This document shows, one piece after another, positions 9,385 through 17,977 of a stretch of DNA of 42,769 bases. The position numbers and the translations under genes were made by a program. Each line of letters starts with the position of its first letter. The first letter of the stretch is position 1. Below the pieces are notes generated by a model. The model ran no database searches. It had not been told where the DNA came from and was given only the letters and a program-made list of their open reading frames with translations. Origin of the DNA: Candidatus Gottesmanbacteria bacterium RIFCSPHIGHO2_02_FULL_39_14 (GTDB lineage Bacteria > Patescibacteriota > Microgenomatia > 2-02-FULL-39-11); the NCBI GenBank assembly GCA_001779205.1, contig MFJM01000072.1, positions 1 through 42,769 on the forward strand. Reading direction: 5' to 3'.

Positions 9385-10293
9385 TCATAGTCTTTTATGA
9401 AATAAATGAAAAGGATGATAATGGAGCCGGCCTTCAGCGATAAAGATGCCTCCGAATACCAAGAAAGCACCTAAAAGATAAATGGAGGTAATATATTCTC
9501 CTAGAAGAGGTGCGGCAATCAGAATGGCTGAGAGCGGATCAATATAGGTAAAAATGCCTACATCTTGAGCGTCAATGTATTTTAGACCGTATTCAAAAAG
9601 AGAATAAGCCAAGGCAGATGATAAGAAGATACCAAAAACAATTCCGATAACACCCCGGTAATCCAAAGCGTATTTATTATTGCCAGCCATTATTTCGAGG
9701 ATAAAGAACGGTAAAAAGGTAATCGTGCCGATCAAAAATGACCAAAAGGCGATGGTGGAGGGATGATAATCGTGAAGGATTTCTTTGCTGATGATGATAT
9801 GCCCGACACTGCCAAGTGTGGCTAATATGAGGAACAGATTGCCGATAAGCTGGCCGTCAATATTTCCTTCCAGGAATGGTTGGCCAATAATGACAAGTAC
9901 ACCAATTAAACTGACAATTAGTCCCAGCAGAACTTTGAAATGCGGTTTTTCTTTTAAGAGAAATATGGAGAAAAGATAGATAAAAATAGGACCGGAGGAG
10001 GCAATGATCGGAGCATTAATTGAAGGGGCATATTTTAAACCTAAAAAAAAGAATGAGATATTAACAGTAACTCCGAAGAATGACAGCCAAAAAATTTTCA
10101 GATAATCCTTTTTATGTATTTTAAGGTAGGGATAGGCAAAAGGTAATAAAATAAGTGTTGCTCCATAGAATCTGATGAAGGCCAGGGTAAACGGGGAGAT
10201 ATTCTGGAGGGCGAATTTGAAAATAGGAGAAGCGGCACCCCAAATTATATTGGCAGTAATTAAGGCTAGGATGCCTTTTTGATGGGCAGACAT
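9385..10293 (-). CDS. EamA/DMT-superfamily transporter
   Basis: 302 aa, about 10 TM helices arranged as two similar halves, which is typical of EamA-domain permeases. Confidence 0.7.
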   Translation of the reverse strand: MSAHQKGILALITANIIWGAASPIFKFALQNISPFTLAFIRFYGATLILLPFAYPYLKIHKKDYLKIFWLSFFGVTVNISFFFLGLKYAPSINAPIIASSGPIFIYLFSIFLLKEKPHFKVLLGLIVSLIGVLVIIGQPFLEGNIDGQLIGNLFLILATLGSVGHIIISKEILHDYHPSTIAFWSFLIGTITFLPFFILEIMAGNNKYALDYRGVIGIVFGIFLSSALAYSLFEYGLKYIDAQDVGIFTYIDPLSAILIAAPLLGEYITSIYLLGAFLVFGGIFIAEGRLHYHPFHLFHKRL

Positions 10294-10297
10294 ATAA

Positions 10298-11506
10298 TCA
10301 TGATAACAAATCGGAAATCAGTTCTTCCAGGGGAACGGTTTTTTGCTGTTTATCTTTCATGTTGCGCACCGTCAGCACATTTTTTTGCGCTTCGTCGGGG
10401 CCGATAATAACCACATAAGGAATACCCTTTTTATCGGCATATTTAAGCTGTTTATCGAGTTTTACTTTCGGGTTTGGATATACCTCACAATTTATATTAT
10501 TTTTTCGTAGTGATTTGCCGGTAGAAAGAGAAAGTGTTTGATATTGAGCATTAAAAACTGTGATTAGGACTTTTGTAGAAGCATTGACTGATGGTATTAA
10601 ACCAAATTCATCAAGTGCTTCCAAGGTTCTATCAAACCCCAATCCAAAGCCCGTACCATACATTTCAATACCAAAGATGGTTTTGAATAATCCGTCATAT
10701 CTTTCTCCTCCCAACACTGAACCGGCAGTAAATCCCGGAATTACTACTTCCCAAATTGGGCCTTGAGAATAAGAAAAAGATCTGACAATGGTCGGATCAA
10801 ATTCATACCATTCTTGGGCAAAACCATAATCATTTAAATATTGAAGAATTATTTTTATGGCAACACTTGGTTTAAGTCTACTGATCTTATCAAGATAATA
10901 TTCTGCTTTTGCCTTATCTATACCTTTATTCATCATTTCTTTTATAACCTGTTGGTTACCTATCTTTTTCTGTTTATCAATGGCAACCAAAGCAGGGTAG
11001 GGAATATCGGTAAGGAGATTTCTATCATTTATCAATACTTTTACAACTTTAAAGCCCAATTGTTTATATATATCCAACGATAGAGCAATAGTTTCGGCAT
11101 CAGCATAGGCTGACGGATCGCCAAAAATATCGGCATCACATTGTACAAATTCCCGGTATCTGCCTTTTTGGGGCTTTTCTGCCCTGAAAGCCGGCTGAAT
11201 TTGGTATCTTTTAAAGGGAAGAGGAATGGTATTTAAATATTGACTGACCATTCTGACTGAGGGAAGAGTTTGATCGTAGCGCAAGGCAACATCGCGACCG
11301 CCGGGATCTTTGAATTTGAAGAATAATTTTTCATCCTCACCTATTTGTCCCTGAAAGATATCCAATGGTTCTAAGGTTGGCGTTTCGATAGGATCAAATC
11401 CCCATAATTGAAATATATTTTCCAGCCTGTTTCTTAGCCAAAGTCGTTTTTTGGCCTGTTGGGGCAGAAAATCACGGAAGCCTTTTAAAGTTTGGGGTTT
11501 AATCAT
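10298..11506 (-). CDS. hisS: histidine--tRNA ligase
   Basis: N-terminus LKGFRDFLP, class-II motif 2 context RYREFVQCDADIFG, and a C-terminal anticodon-binding-like domain. The ATG overlaps the stop of the upstream M24 peptidase gene (ATGA). Confidence 0.85.
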   Translation of the reverse strand: MIKPQTLKGFRDFLPQQAKKRLWLRNRLENIFQLWGFDPIETPTLEPLDIFQGQIGEDEKLFFKFKDPGGRDVALRYDQTLPSVRMVSQYLNTIPLPFKRYQIQPAFRAEKPQKGRYREFVQCDADIFGDPSAYADAETIALSLDIYKQLGFKVVKVLINDRNLLTDIPYPALVAIDKQKKIGNQQVIKEMMNKGIDKAKAEYYLDKISRLKPSVAIKIILQYLNDYGFAQEWYEFDPTIVRSFSYSQGPIWEVVIPGFTAGSVLGGERYDGLFKTIFGIEMYGTGFGLGFDRTLEALDEFGLIPSVNASTKVLITVFNAQYQTLSLSTGKSLRKNNINCEVYPNPKVKLDKQLKYADKKGIPYVVIIGPDEAQKNVLTVRNMKDKQQKTVPLEELISDLLS

Positions 11507-12585
11507 AAGATGATTATTTCTTTGGTTGATTTAGATAATATTTCAGGACCCTCTCGTCTTAATACTAGCAAATCTTCGATTCTGACTCCAGCGAAGCCTG
11601 GGAGGTAGATGCCGGGTTCGATAGTGAAAACCATGTTGGGCATAAGTTTGTCCGTACTTTGGGGATTTAACCTGGGATCCTCATGGATGGCTAGGCCGAC
11701 ACCGTGTCCGAGACCGTGTTGGAATGAGGGGAAGCCCTCTCTCTCAATCAATTTTCGGGCAATAGAGTCTATCGTTTTTGCAGATACTTGCGGGTGGAGA
11801 GCGTTAAGCGCTTTTTGTTGGGTATCAAGAACAGTTTGATAAATCTTAACCAGTCGATTTGTGGGAGTTCCAAAAAATACGACTCGGGAAAGATCGGCAC
11901 AATAATTATTTACTTTGGCTCCGAAATCCAGAAGAATAAGACTGTTGGCGGCCAGTTTAACCTTATCTGACGGAATATAATGAGGAATAGCAGCATTTTT
12001 ATTAAAGGCGACGATAGGCGAGAAAGCTATATTTTGGGCATTTTCTTTTATGAAAAATTCAATTTTTAAAGCTAATTCTCTTTCTGACATTCCCTTTTTA
12101 ATTTGTTTTAAGATAAAGCTGAAGGATCTATCAGTAATTTTGGCAGCTTGGTGAATATTTTTTATTTCCGAGTCTATTTTGATAATTCTTAATTTTTCAA
12201 TTATATCCTGAGTTAAAATCAGTTTGACAGGCAGCTTATTTTTTAACGATAAATATTCAGACAAATTTAGGCTATTTTTTTCAATGGCCATAGTTTTTAT
12301 TTTCTCTTTTTTAATAATTTCGGTTAGAATTGAGGTTAATTTATTAAAAGGAGTAGCATAGTGGACTTGCCAGCTAGATTTAATAGTATATAAACCGTAA
12401 TAAGTTGAAAATGTAATAAAGTAAGTATTATTCAGAGTGACGAGTAAATAGGCTTCGTGTTCATAAGGAGTAAGAAAGCTTACTCCAGTTAAGTAACTGA
12501 CATTAAATGAATCAGAGACAAGGAAAGATTGCCATCGCTGTGATTTTATTTTGCGCTTTAACTCTCGGATGCGGTTGGAGGTCAT
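11503..12585 (-). CDS. M24-family Xaa-Pro aminopeptidase
   Basis: Pita-bread metal-ligand contexts (DFGAKVNNYCADLSR, HGLGHGVGLAIHEDP, FTIEPGIY, IEDLLVL). Confidence 0.8.
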   Translation of the reverse strand: MTSNRIRELKRKIKSQRWQSFLVSDSFNVSYLTGVSFLTPYEHEAYLLVTLNNTYFITFSTYYGLYTIKSSWQVHYATPFNKLTSILTEIIKKEKIKTMAIEKNSLNLSEYLSLKNKLPVKLILTQDIIEKLRIIKIDSEIKNIHQAAKITDRSFSFILKQIKKGMSERELALKIEFFIKENAQNIAFSPIVAFNKNAAIPHYIPSDKVKLAANSLILLDFGAKVNNYCADLSRVVFFGTPTNRLVKIYQTVLDTQQKALNALHPQVSAKTIDSIARKLIEREGFPSFQHGLGHGVGLAIHEDPRLNPQSTDKLMPNMVFTIEPGIYLPGFAGVRIEDLLVLRREGPEILSKSTKEIIIL

Positions 12586-12587
12586 GA

Positions 12588-13343
12588 TTAAGGTGTGGGA
12601 GTAGGGGAGACGGATTGTGTGGGCGTGATAACACTGGCAGGCAAATTAATAATTCTTAAGGCGCTATAACGGTTTTCCTCTTTAGGGTTAGGAATGGCTG
12701 AGATGAAAACTGTATCGCCAAGTTTAAATTTGGAGAAGCCCCCTTTTTGGTTTCCTTTTCCTTTGATATAAATAGAAGTTACGGTATACTTTTCGAAATC
12801 GATTAACTTTGTCGTGTCTTTGGCTCTGACGTTCAAAGTAAAATTAGCTTTATCCACTTCAGCAATTTTTCCGTTAATCCTGACCAGATTTTCCTGGATA
12901 TAAAGATATTTGGCAAGAAGATTCTCTTTAGTCTCGTTGTAGTTTCCCATAACAGAAATAGTAATGCCAGGTTTAAGTTCAGTTATTTTTCCTTCAGTTT
13001 TAGTCTTGTTTTCCATTTTGAACACCAGGGTATCTTCAGAAAAAGTGAATTTTTGTTCACCCCCGGGACTTTGTAAAGTGATGAGATTGTTTTCAACAGA
13101 AATTATTTTTCCAAACATAGCTCCTTTTTGCTGGTTTCTAACCTCAGCCACCCGGGTAGCGATTTTTTCCTTAAGAATTTCGATCTGTTTTAACTTATCG
13201 ATTATTCCTGTATCTGTGGGTATAAGAGAAGGTTTTGAGGTAGGAAAAGGTGTCTTGGTTTGAGCAAAAGACGGTGAAGCAGAAATTGAGATAATCATTA
13301 ATAGTACGGCAATGATTATTTTCGGAAAATAATGTTCTTTCAT
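12588..13343 (-). CDS. hypothetical secreted protein (signal peptide, Pro/Thr-rich C-terminus)
   Basis: N-terminal signal-like helix ending SPSFAQ, C-terminal TPTQSVSPTPTP. No family recognised. Confidence 0.5.
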   Translation of the reverse strand: MKEHYFPKIIIAVLLMIISISASPSFAQTKTPFPTSKPSLIPTDTGIIDKLKQIEILKEKIATRVAEVRNQQKGAMFGKIISVENNLITLQSPGGEQKFTFSEDTLVFKMENKTKTEGKITELKPGITISVMGNYNETKENLLAKYLYIQENLVRINGKIAEVDKANFTLNVRAKDTTKLIDFEKYTVTSIYIKGKGNQKGGFSKFKLGDTVFISAIPNPKEENRYSALRIINLPASVITPTQSVSPTPTP

Positions 13344-13771
13344 AATTTTTCTGTAGTGTAAAACAGGGTTAGGGTTTTAGTTTCAGGTTCTCCCGATTCA
13401 TTTATGGTTGTAACATAGATTGGGTTACCGCCTTCGGTAAGTTTTAATGAAGCTTGGAAAGAACCGTTTTCATCCGGTTCAACGACAATACTTTCCAGAG
13501 GAGATTCGATGATAAGAGCGGTTGAAGGATCAGTGTTGCCTTTAAGGGTAGTATTGTCTTTGGTTAAAATAGCTTGATCTGACGGTTGACTAATATTCAA
13601 AGATGTTTTTTTCAGGTTTTTGATAACAGAGGGTTCCGATTTAGTTTGGGAAATTTCCTCTTTCGGTTTTTCCTGTTTATCCAAGACAATAGGGAGTTTG
13701 ACAGCCAATACAGCTAGAGTACTGCCGATGGCAAAACCGACCAAAAGTGCCAAAATGACGTCTTTTTTCAT
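13340..13771 (-). CDS. hypothetical membrane-anchored protein with Ig-like beta-rich ectodomain
   Basis: N-terminal TM helix and a beta-rich C-terminal half (GSFQASLKLTEGGNPIYVTTINESGEPETKTLTLFY). 4-nt overlap with the downstream gene. Confidence 0.5.
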   Translation of the reverse strand: MKKDVILALLVGFAIGSTLAVLAVKLPIVLDKQEKPKEEISQTKSEPSVIKNLKKTSLNISQPSDQAILTKDNTTLKGNTDPSTALIIESPLESIVVEPDENGSFQASLKLTEGGNPIYVTTINESGEPETKTLTLFYTTEKL

Positions 13772-13847
13772 AAAAATTTGAGAGGCGTCATAACATATTA
13801 AGTCTGATGTTTCCCCTTGTCAAGAAATCGTAAAAGTGATAATAATA

Positions 13848-13879
13848 CTTTACCCTAATAGCCAAGGTTCAGGGTAAAG
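13848..13879. promoter_or_regulatory. 9-bp inverted repeat in a divergent intergenic region, 20 nt upstream of the MBL-hydrolase start
   Basis: CTTTACCCT (13848-13856) and AGGGTAAAG (13871-13879) separated by 14 nt. It lies between divergently transcribed genes, so it is not a terminator. Confidence 0.2.
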
Positions 13880-13899
13880 CGGTTAAAGGTATTTATATA

Positions 13900-14547
13900 A
13901 TGGATATTACGCATATAGGACATGCTTCATTCAGGTTAAGAGGTAAAAAGGCGACACTGATTACCGATCCTTTCGATCCAGACATGCTCGGCCTGAAATT
14001 TCCTAAAACCGAGTCTGATATAGTGACAATTTCCCATGAACATCGCGATCATAATTATAAAGAGGGGATAAGCGGAGAAAAAATTATTTTTATTGAAGGA
14101 CCGGGAGAATATGAAGTATTGGGTGTGAAAGTAATAGGCATGTCCACCTATCACGATGATAATCACGGCCTGGAAAGAGGTAAAAATAACATTTATCGGA
14201 TTGATATGGATGAGATATCGGTGGTCCATTTGGGGGATTTGGGGCATAAATTAGATGAGAAAGCTGTAGAAATACTTAACGGGATTGATATCTTAATGGT
14301 TCCTGTCGGCGGAATTTATACCATCAGTCCTGTCATAGCCGCTTTGATCGTAAGCCAGCTTGAGCCGAGTATTATTATCCCCATGCATTATCTGATAGAC
14401 CGGATGAATAAGGAAAAATTCGGACAATTAGCCGATGTTGGTCTTTTTTTAAAGGAAATGGGAAAAGAGGGAGTGATACCCATGGCTAAACTTTCTATAA
14501 CCAAAGATAAGATACCAGTAGAGCAGACAGTAGTTGTATTGGAATAA
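13900..14547 (+). CDS. metallo-beta-lactamase-fold metal-dependent hydrolase (UPF0173-like)
   Basis: ITHIGHASFRLRGK...LITDPF N-terminus, the SHEHRDH metal motif, 215 aa. Confidence 0.75.
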   Translation: MDITHIGHASFRLRGKKATLITDPFDPDMLGLKFPKTESDIVTISHEHRDHNYKEGISGEKIIFIEGPGEYEVLGVKVIGMSTYHDDNHGLERGKNNIYRIDMDEISVVHLGDLGHKLDEKAVEILNGIDILMVPVGGIYTISPVIAALIVSQLEPSIIIPMHYLIDRMNKEKFGQLADVGLFLKEMGKEGVIPMAKLSITKDKIPVEQTVVVLE

Positions 14548-14551
14548 GCAT

Positions 14552-15877
14552 ATGCCAGAACCTCGCATTCCTCCTCATGATGAACAGGCGGAAGCTTCAG
14601 TCTTAGGAGCTATTTTAATCGATAAAGATGCCATAGCGGAAATTATCGATTTTTTGAAGCCCGAATTTTTTTACAAGGAGAGTCATGCTGATATATATGA
14701 GGCAATGATGGCTTTGTTTGAAAAGCATGAACCGGTAGATGTAGTCACAATGACGGCGCAGCTTAAGAAAATGGGTAAATATAAAGATGTCGGAGGAGGT
14801 ATTTATTTAACAGAATTAACCAATACCGTTCCGACCAGCGGTAATATTGAATTTTACGGGCAAATAGTGGCTGATCATTATGTCAAGAGAAAATTAATTG
14901 AATCAAGTGCCAAAATCACCAATTTGGCCTATGAAGGCAATCATGATACCAAAATTCTGCTGGACAAGGCTGAAGCGGAAATCATGTCTATTGCCCAAAA
15001 AAGATCCAGGCGGGATTTTATCAACATTAAAGATGCTTTAGCTGAGAGTTTTGACCGACTTGACGAACTTCACAAAAGAGGGACAAATTTGCGGGGCTTA
15101 CCGAGCGGATTTTATGATTTGGATAATAAATTAGCCGGAATGCAAAAGTCAAATCTTCTTATTCTGGCCGCCCGTCCCGGACAGGGAAAAACAGCCCTGG
15201 CTTTAAATATTGCCCAACATATTGCTGTCCACGAGAAATTAGCTGTAGGAATTTTTTCCCTGGAGATGAGTAAGGAAGAACTGGTGGACAGATTATTAGT
15301 TTCACAAGCCGATATTGATGCCTGGAGATTAAAGACAGGCAGACTGACGGATGAAGATTTTACCCGGTTGTCCGAGGCTATGGGTGAATTGGCTGAAGCC
15401 CCGTTATATATTGATGATACTCCGGGAATAAATATTTTCGAAATAAGGACCAAAGCCAGGCGGCTTCAGACAATGCACGATGCCAGATTTCTGATTGTTG
15501 ATTATTTACAATTGGTAGATCCCGGCAGGCGATTTGATAACAGAGTTCAGGAAGTATCCCTTATTTCCCAATCTTTGAAGAACCTGGCACGGGAACTGCA
15601 AATTCCGATATTAGCCGTTTCTCAGTTGTCCCGTGCCGTGGAACATCGGGGAGAAAAAAGGCCACAATTGGCTGATCTTAGGGAATCAGGAGCCATAGAG
15701 CAGGATTCTGATGTAGTAATGTTTATTTATAAAGAGGTTACAGAGGTTAAAAATTGGGAGCAGCAGATTATTAAACTGTTAATTGCCAAGCACCGCAACG
15801 GTCCCGGAGGGGAGATAGACCTTATTTTCAGAGGTGACCGGATCCGCTTCTATTCGGTGGAGAAACAAAAAGAATAG
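14552..15877 (+). CDS. dnaB: replicative DNA helicase
   Basis: PPHDEQAEASVLGAIL N-terminus, Walker A ARPGQGKTALALN, LIVDYLQL, and SQLSRAVEHRGEKRPQLADLRESGAIEQDSD. I chose the ATG at 14552; the track start at 14534 overlaps the upstream gene. Confidence 0.92.
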   Translation: MPEPRIPPHDEQAEASVLGAILIDKDAIAEIIDFLKPEFFYKESHADIYEAMMALFEKHEPVDVVTMTAQLKKMGKYKDVGGGIYLTELTNTVPTSGNIEFYGQIVADHYVKRKLIESSAKITNLAYEGNHDTKILLDKAEAEIMSIAQKRSRRDFINIKDALAESFDRLDELHKRGTNLRGLPSGFYDLDNKLAGMQKSNLLILAARPGQGKTALALNIAQHIAVHEKLAVGIFSLEMSKEELVDRLLVSQADIDAWRLKTGRLTDEDFTRLSEAMGELAEAPLYIDDTPGINIFEIRTKARRLQTMHDARFLIVDYLQLVDPGRRFDNRVQEVSLISQSLKNLARELQIPILAVSQLSRAVEHRGEKRPQLADLRESGAIEQDSDVVMFIYKEVTEVKNWEQQIIKLLIAKHRNGPGGEIDLIFRGDRIRFYSVEKQKE

Positions 15878-15888
15878 TATCAGATTAA

Positions 15889-16170
15889 TTACAATTTATT
15901 TGTTTCCTGTTTGATTTCCTCAATATCCTTTTCAAGTTCAAGCAGATCTAGGCTATTCAATTCCGTCTCCAATAGATCCATTTCACTGGCGTTTTCAAAG
16001 GTAGAAAAGGATATAGTCGAATCCTTATTATTGTTTGATGGAATTAATTCTTCTTTATTTTCCGGTTTATTATTTTTGTTGTAAATTGTTCCTGTTTGGA
16101 TTAGAACTGCGGCAGTAAAAATTGCCGCCAATAAAATTAATACTAAAATCGGAAATTTAATTTTTGCCAT
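15889..16170 (-). CDS. hypothetical small membrane-anchored acidic protein
   Basis: 93 aa with an N-terminal TM helix and an acidic Leu-rich C-terminus. Overlaps the upstream gene by 14 nt, which suggests co-translation. Confidence 0.4.
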   Translation of the reverse strand: MAKIKFPILVLILLAAIFTAAVLIQTGTIYNKNNKPENKEELIPSNNNKDSTISFSTFENASEMDLLETELNSLDLLELEKDIEEIKQETNKL

Positions 16171-17074
16171 AATTTTTTCTTAAGAGGCGGATAAGATCTC
16201 TGAGTAATTGTTGATACTCCTGAAGATCCGATTTAATGGAAATCAAATTTGTTATTTGCCGCCTGACTTCAGTTTTGAATATTAAAAAATCCCTTTCCTT
16301 ATTCAGGTCAGATATAATTATATTCAAATCAGATATTTTTTTATTAACAATTTTACTTTTCACTTCAGCCAGCGATATCTTTTTGACTGTCTCAGGGTCT
16401 TTATTTTTATTCTTATTGTATTTATCGCTTATGACTAAGATTTTAGATAAGATCCGATCGAAACGGTTAGTTGTATCCGAAATTTTATCAATAAATTTTC
16501 TTATTAATTCTAATATTTTGACAAGCAAATCATCGGTATTTGGCGGATTATTTTGGCCTTGGGAAGAAATTTCTATTGTTAAAGGGGTAAGTTTTTGACA
16601 ATCTAAAATATCATTGGAGTTACGAGCATCATTAATGTTGGAATCATTTTCCATGTTATTTTGGCAGATCAATACAAGTTCGGTGATACCGGATTTTAAG
16701 ATTTGAAAGCCAATTGTAGCCAGTGGAGTAGGACCACTTGATTTTTTAGGAGAAGCAATACTGGTTTGCCAACCGCTTAATAAATATTTATTTTGAGAAA
16801 GACCTACCAAAGTGCCAAAAAAATTGGAAAAGAAACCGTTATTGGTGGAAGAAAGTGGTTTTAAGTATTTAGGATCGAATTGTAGCAGTGCATCACCGGA
16901 TATTACAGGTTGGCCTGTTGTATCAATTAAAATTTGCAGCTTTAAAGTATCTCCCACGTTTATCAAACCCTTGTTTAAAATTTCCATTTTCAGGCTTTGG
17001 GCATAAGAAGTGGATGGAAAAGTCAATTTGAAGAAAAGAAAAAAAAATATAGTCAGGGCAGCTTTTTGTAGCAT
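16157..17074 (-). CDS. hypothetical secreted protein: cohesin-like beta domain plus coiled-coil C-terminal half
   Basis: Signal peptide ending TSYAQ. The block VGDTLKLQILIDTTGQPVISGDALLQFDPKYL...ATIGFQILKSGITELV resembles cohesin-type domains. The C-terminal half is heptad-like and Lys/Ile-rich. Confidence 0.45.
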   Translation of the reverse strand: MLQKAALTIFFFLFFKLTFPSTSYAQSLKMEILNKGLINVGDTLKLQILIDTTGQPVISGDALLQFDPKYLKPLSSTNNGFFSNFFGTLVGLSQNKYLLSGWQTSIASPKKSSGPTPLATIGFQILKSGITELVLICQNNMENDSNINDARNSNDILDCQKLTPLTIEISSQGQNNPPNTDDLLVKILELIRKFIDKISDTTNRFDRILSKILVISDKYNKNKNKDPETVKKISLAEVKSKIVNKKISDLNIIISDLNKERDFLIFKTEVRRQITNLISIKSDLQEYQQLLRDLIRLLRKNYGKN

Positions 17075-17185
17075 AGTAAATATTTGTTTATTTTGTTAAT
17101 ATAATTTTAACGATTTAATATTTAAAAATATAGAGGTATATTTGAAGTATAATAAATTTATTAATTAGATTTTATCTATTTTGTA

Positions 17186-17761
17186 ATGTCCGGAAGAATT
17201 CTAAAAACAATATTTGTAATCATTATATTTATAACATTAGGAGAGGTTGGATATTACGTTTACATTACTTTTAATTCAGCTCCTTCTAAATCATCAAAGA
17301 TCCCTTTTTTCAAAAGCAATAATATTAGTTCATCTCCCACAATAGAACCTATTTATAAAAAATCAATAAAATCAGGTCAGAACCTGAAGCCTTTGCTTTC
17401 CGATAAATCCAGTGAATTCTTAACAAACATTTACCCAAAATACCTAAAATCAAAGAAACAGAATAACAATCATTCCATTATCATTACAGAAAGAATAAAC
17501 GGGATCGTAGGGAAAATAGGTTTTGACAATCAGGAAAATGTTTATGAAATTTCAATCGTGGACGACAAGGGATTGATATTAACGGCCGATTTTTTTAATG
17601 AATCCAATTTGAGACAAGCAATTTATCTTAAGGAATCCGAACAGGGGAATACGGCAATAAAATTTGACCAGATAAAACAGGGCGATAAAATTGAAAAAAC
17701 CGTTAAATATGATCTAACGGATGATGCCAAAAGCGTTATTCAATATATAATAAAAACCTAA
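17186..17761 (+). CDS. hypothetical membrane-anchored protein
   Basis: 191 aa, a single N-terminal TM helix, no recognisable family. Confidence 0.45.
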   Translation: MSGRILKTIFVIIIFITLGEVGYYVYITFNSAPSKSSKIPFFKSNNISSSPTIEPIYKKSIKSGQNLKPLLSDKSSEFLTNIYPKYLKSKKQNNNHSIIITERINGIVGKIGFDNQENVYEISIVDDKGLILTADFFNESNLRQAIYLKESEQGNTAIKFDQIKQGDKIEKTVKYDLTDDAKSVIQYIIKT

Positions 17762-17782
17762 TTAGATGAAAAGCAGATTATA

Positions 17783-17977
17783 ATGGTAAAAAATTATTTA
17801 AAACCTGAAATCAAAATGAAGAAAATCACATTCTTGCTTTATTTTCCGTCCGACTTATATATTGATGATCTGTTAAGTCAGTGCGGTGCCTGTTGTGTTC
17901 CTAATAATTGTTGCGGAAGCGGTGGTCCCTCGTGTTTTTGCGAAAAAATCAGCGGTAATTATGAATGTTATTCTTGA
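17783..17977 (+). CDS. candidate cysteine-rich small peptide (8 Cys in the last 31 residues)
   Basis: ORF MVKNYLKPEIKMKKITFLLYFPSDLYIDDLLSQCGACCVPNNCCGSGGPSCFCEKISGNYECYS, with an alternative ATG at 17816. No strong SD. The 3' 105 nt overlap the convergent kinase-like gene, whose tail there is Thr/Ala low complexity, the antisense of Cys/Gly codons. Confidence 0.4.
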   Translation: MVKNYLKPEIKMKKITFLLYFPSDLYIDDLLSQCGACCVPNNCCGSGGPSCFCEKISGNYECYS

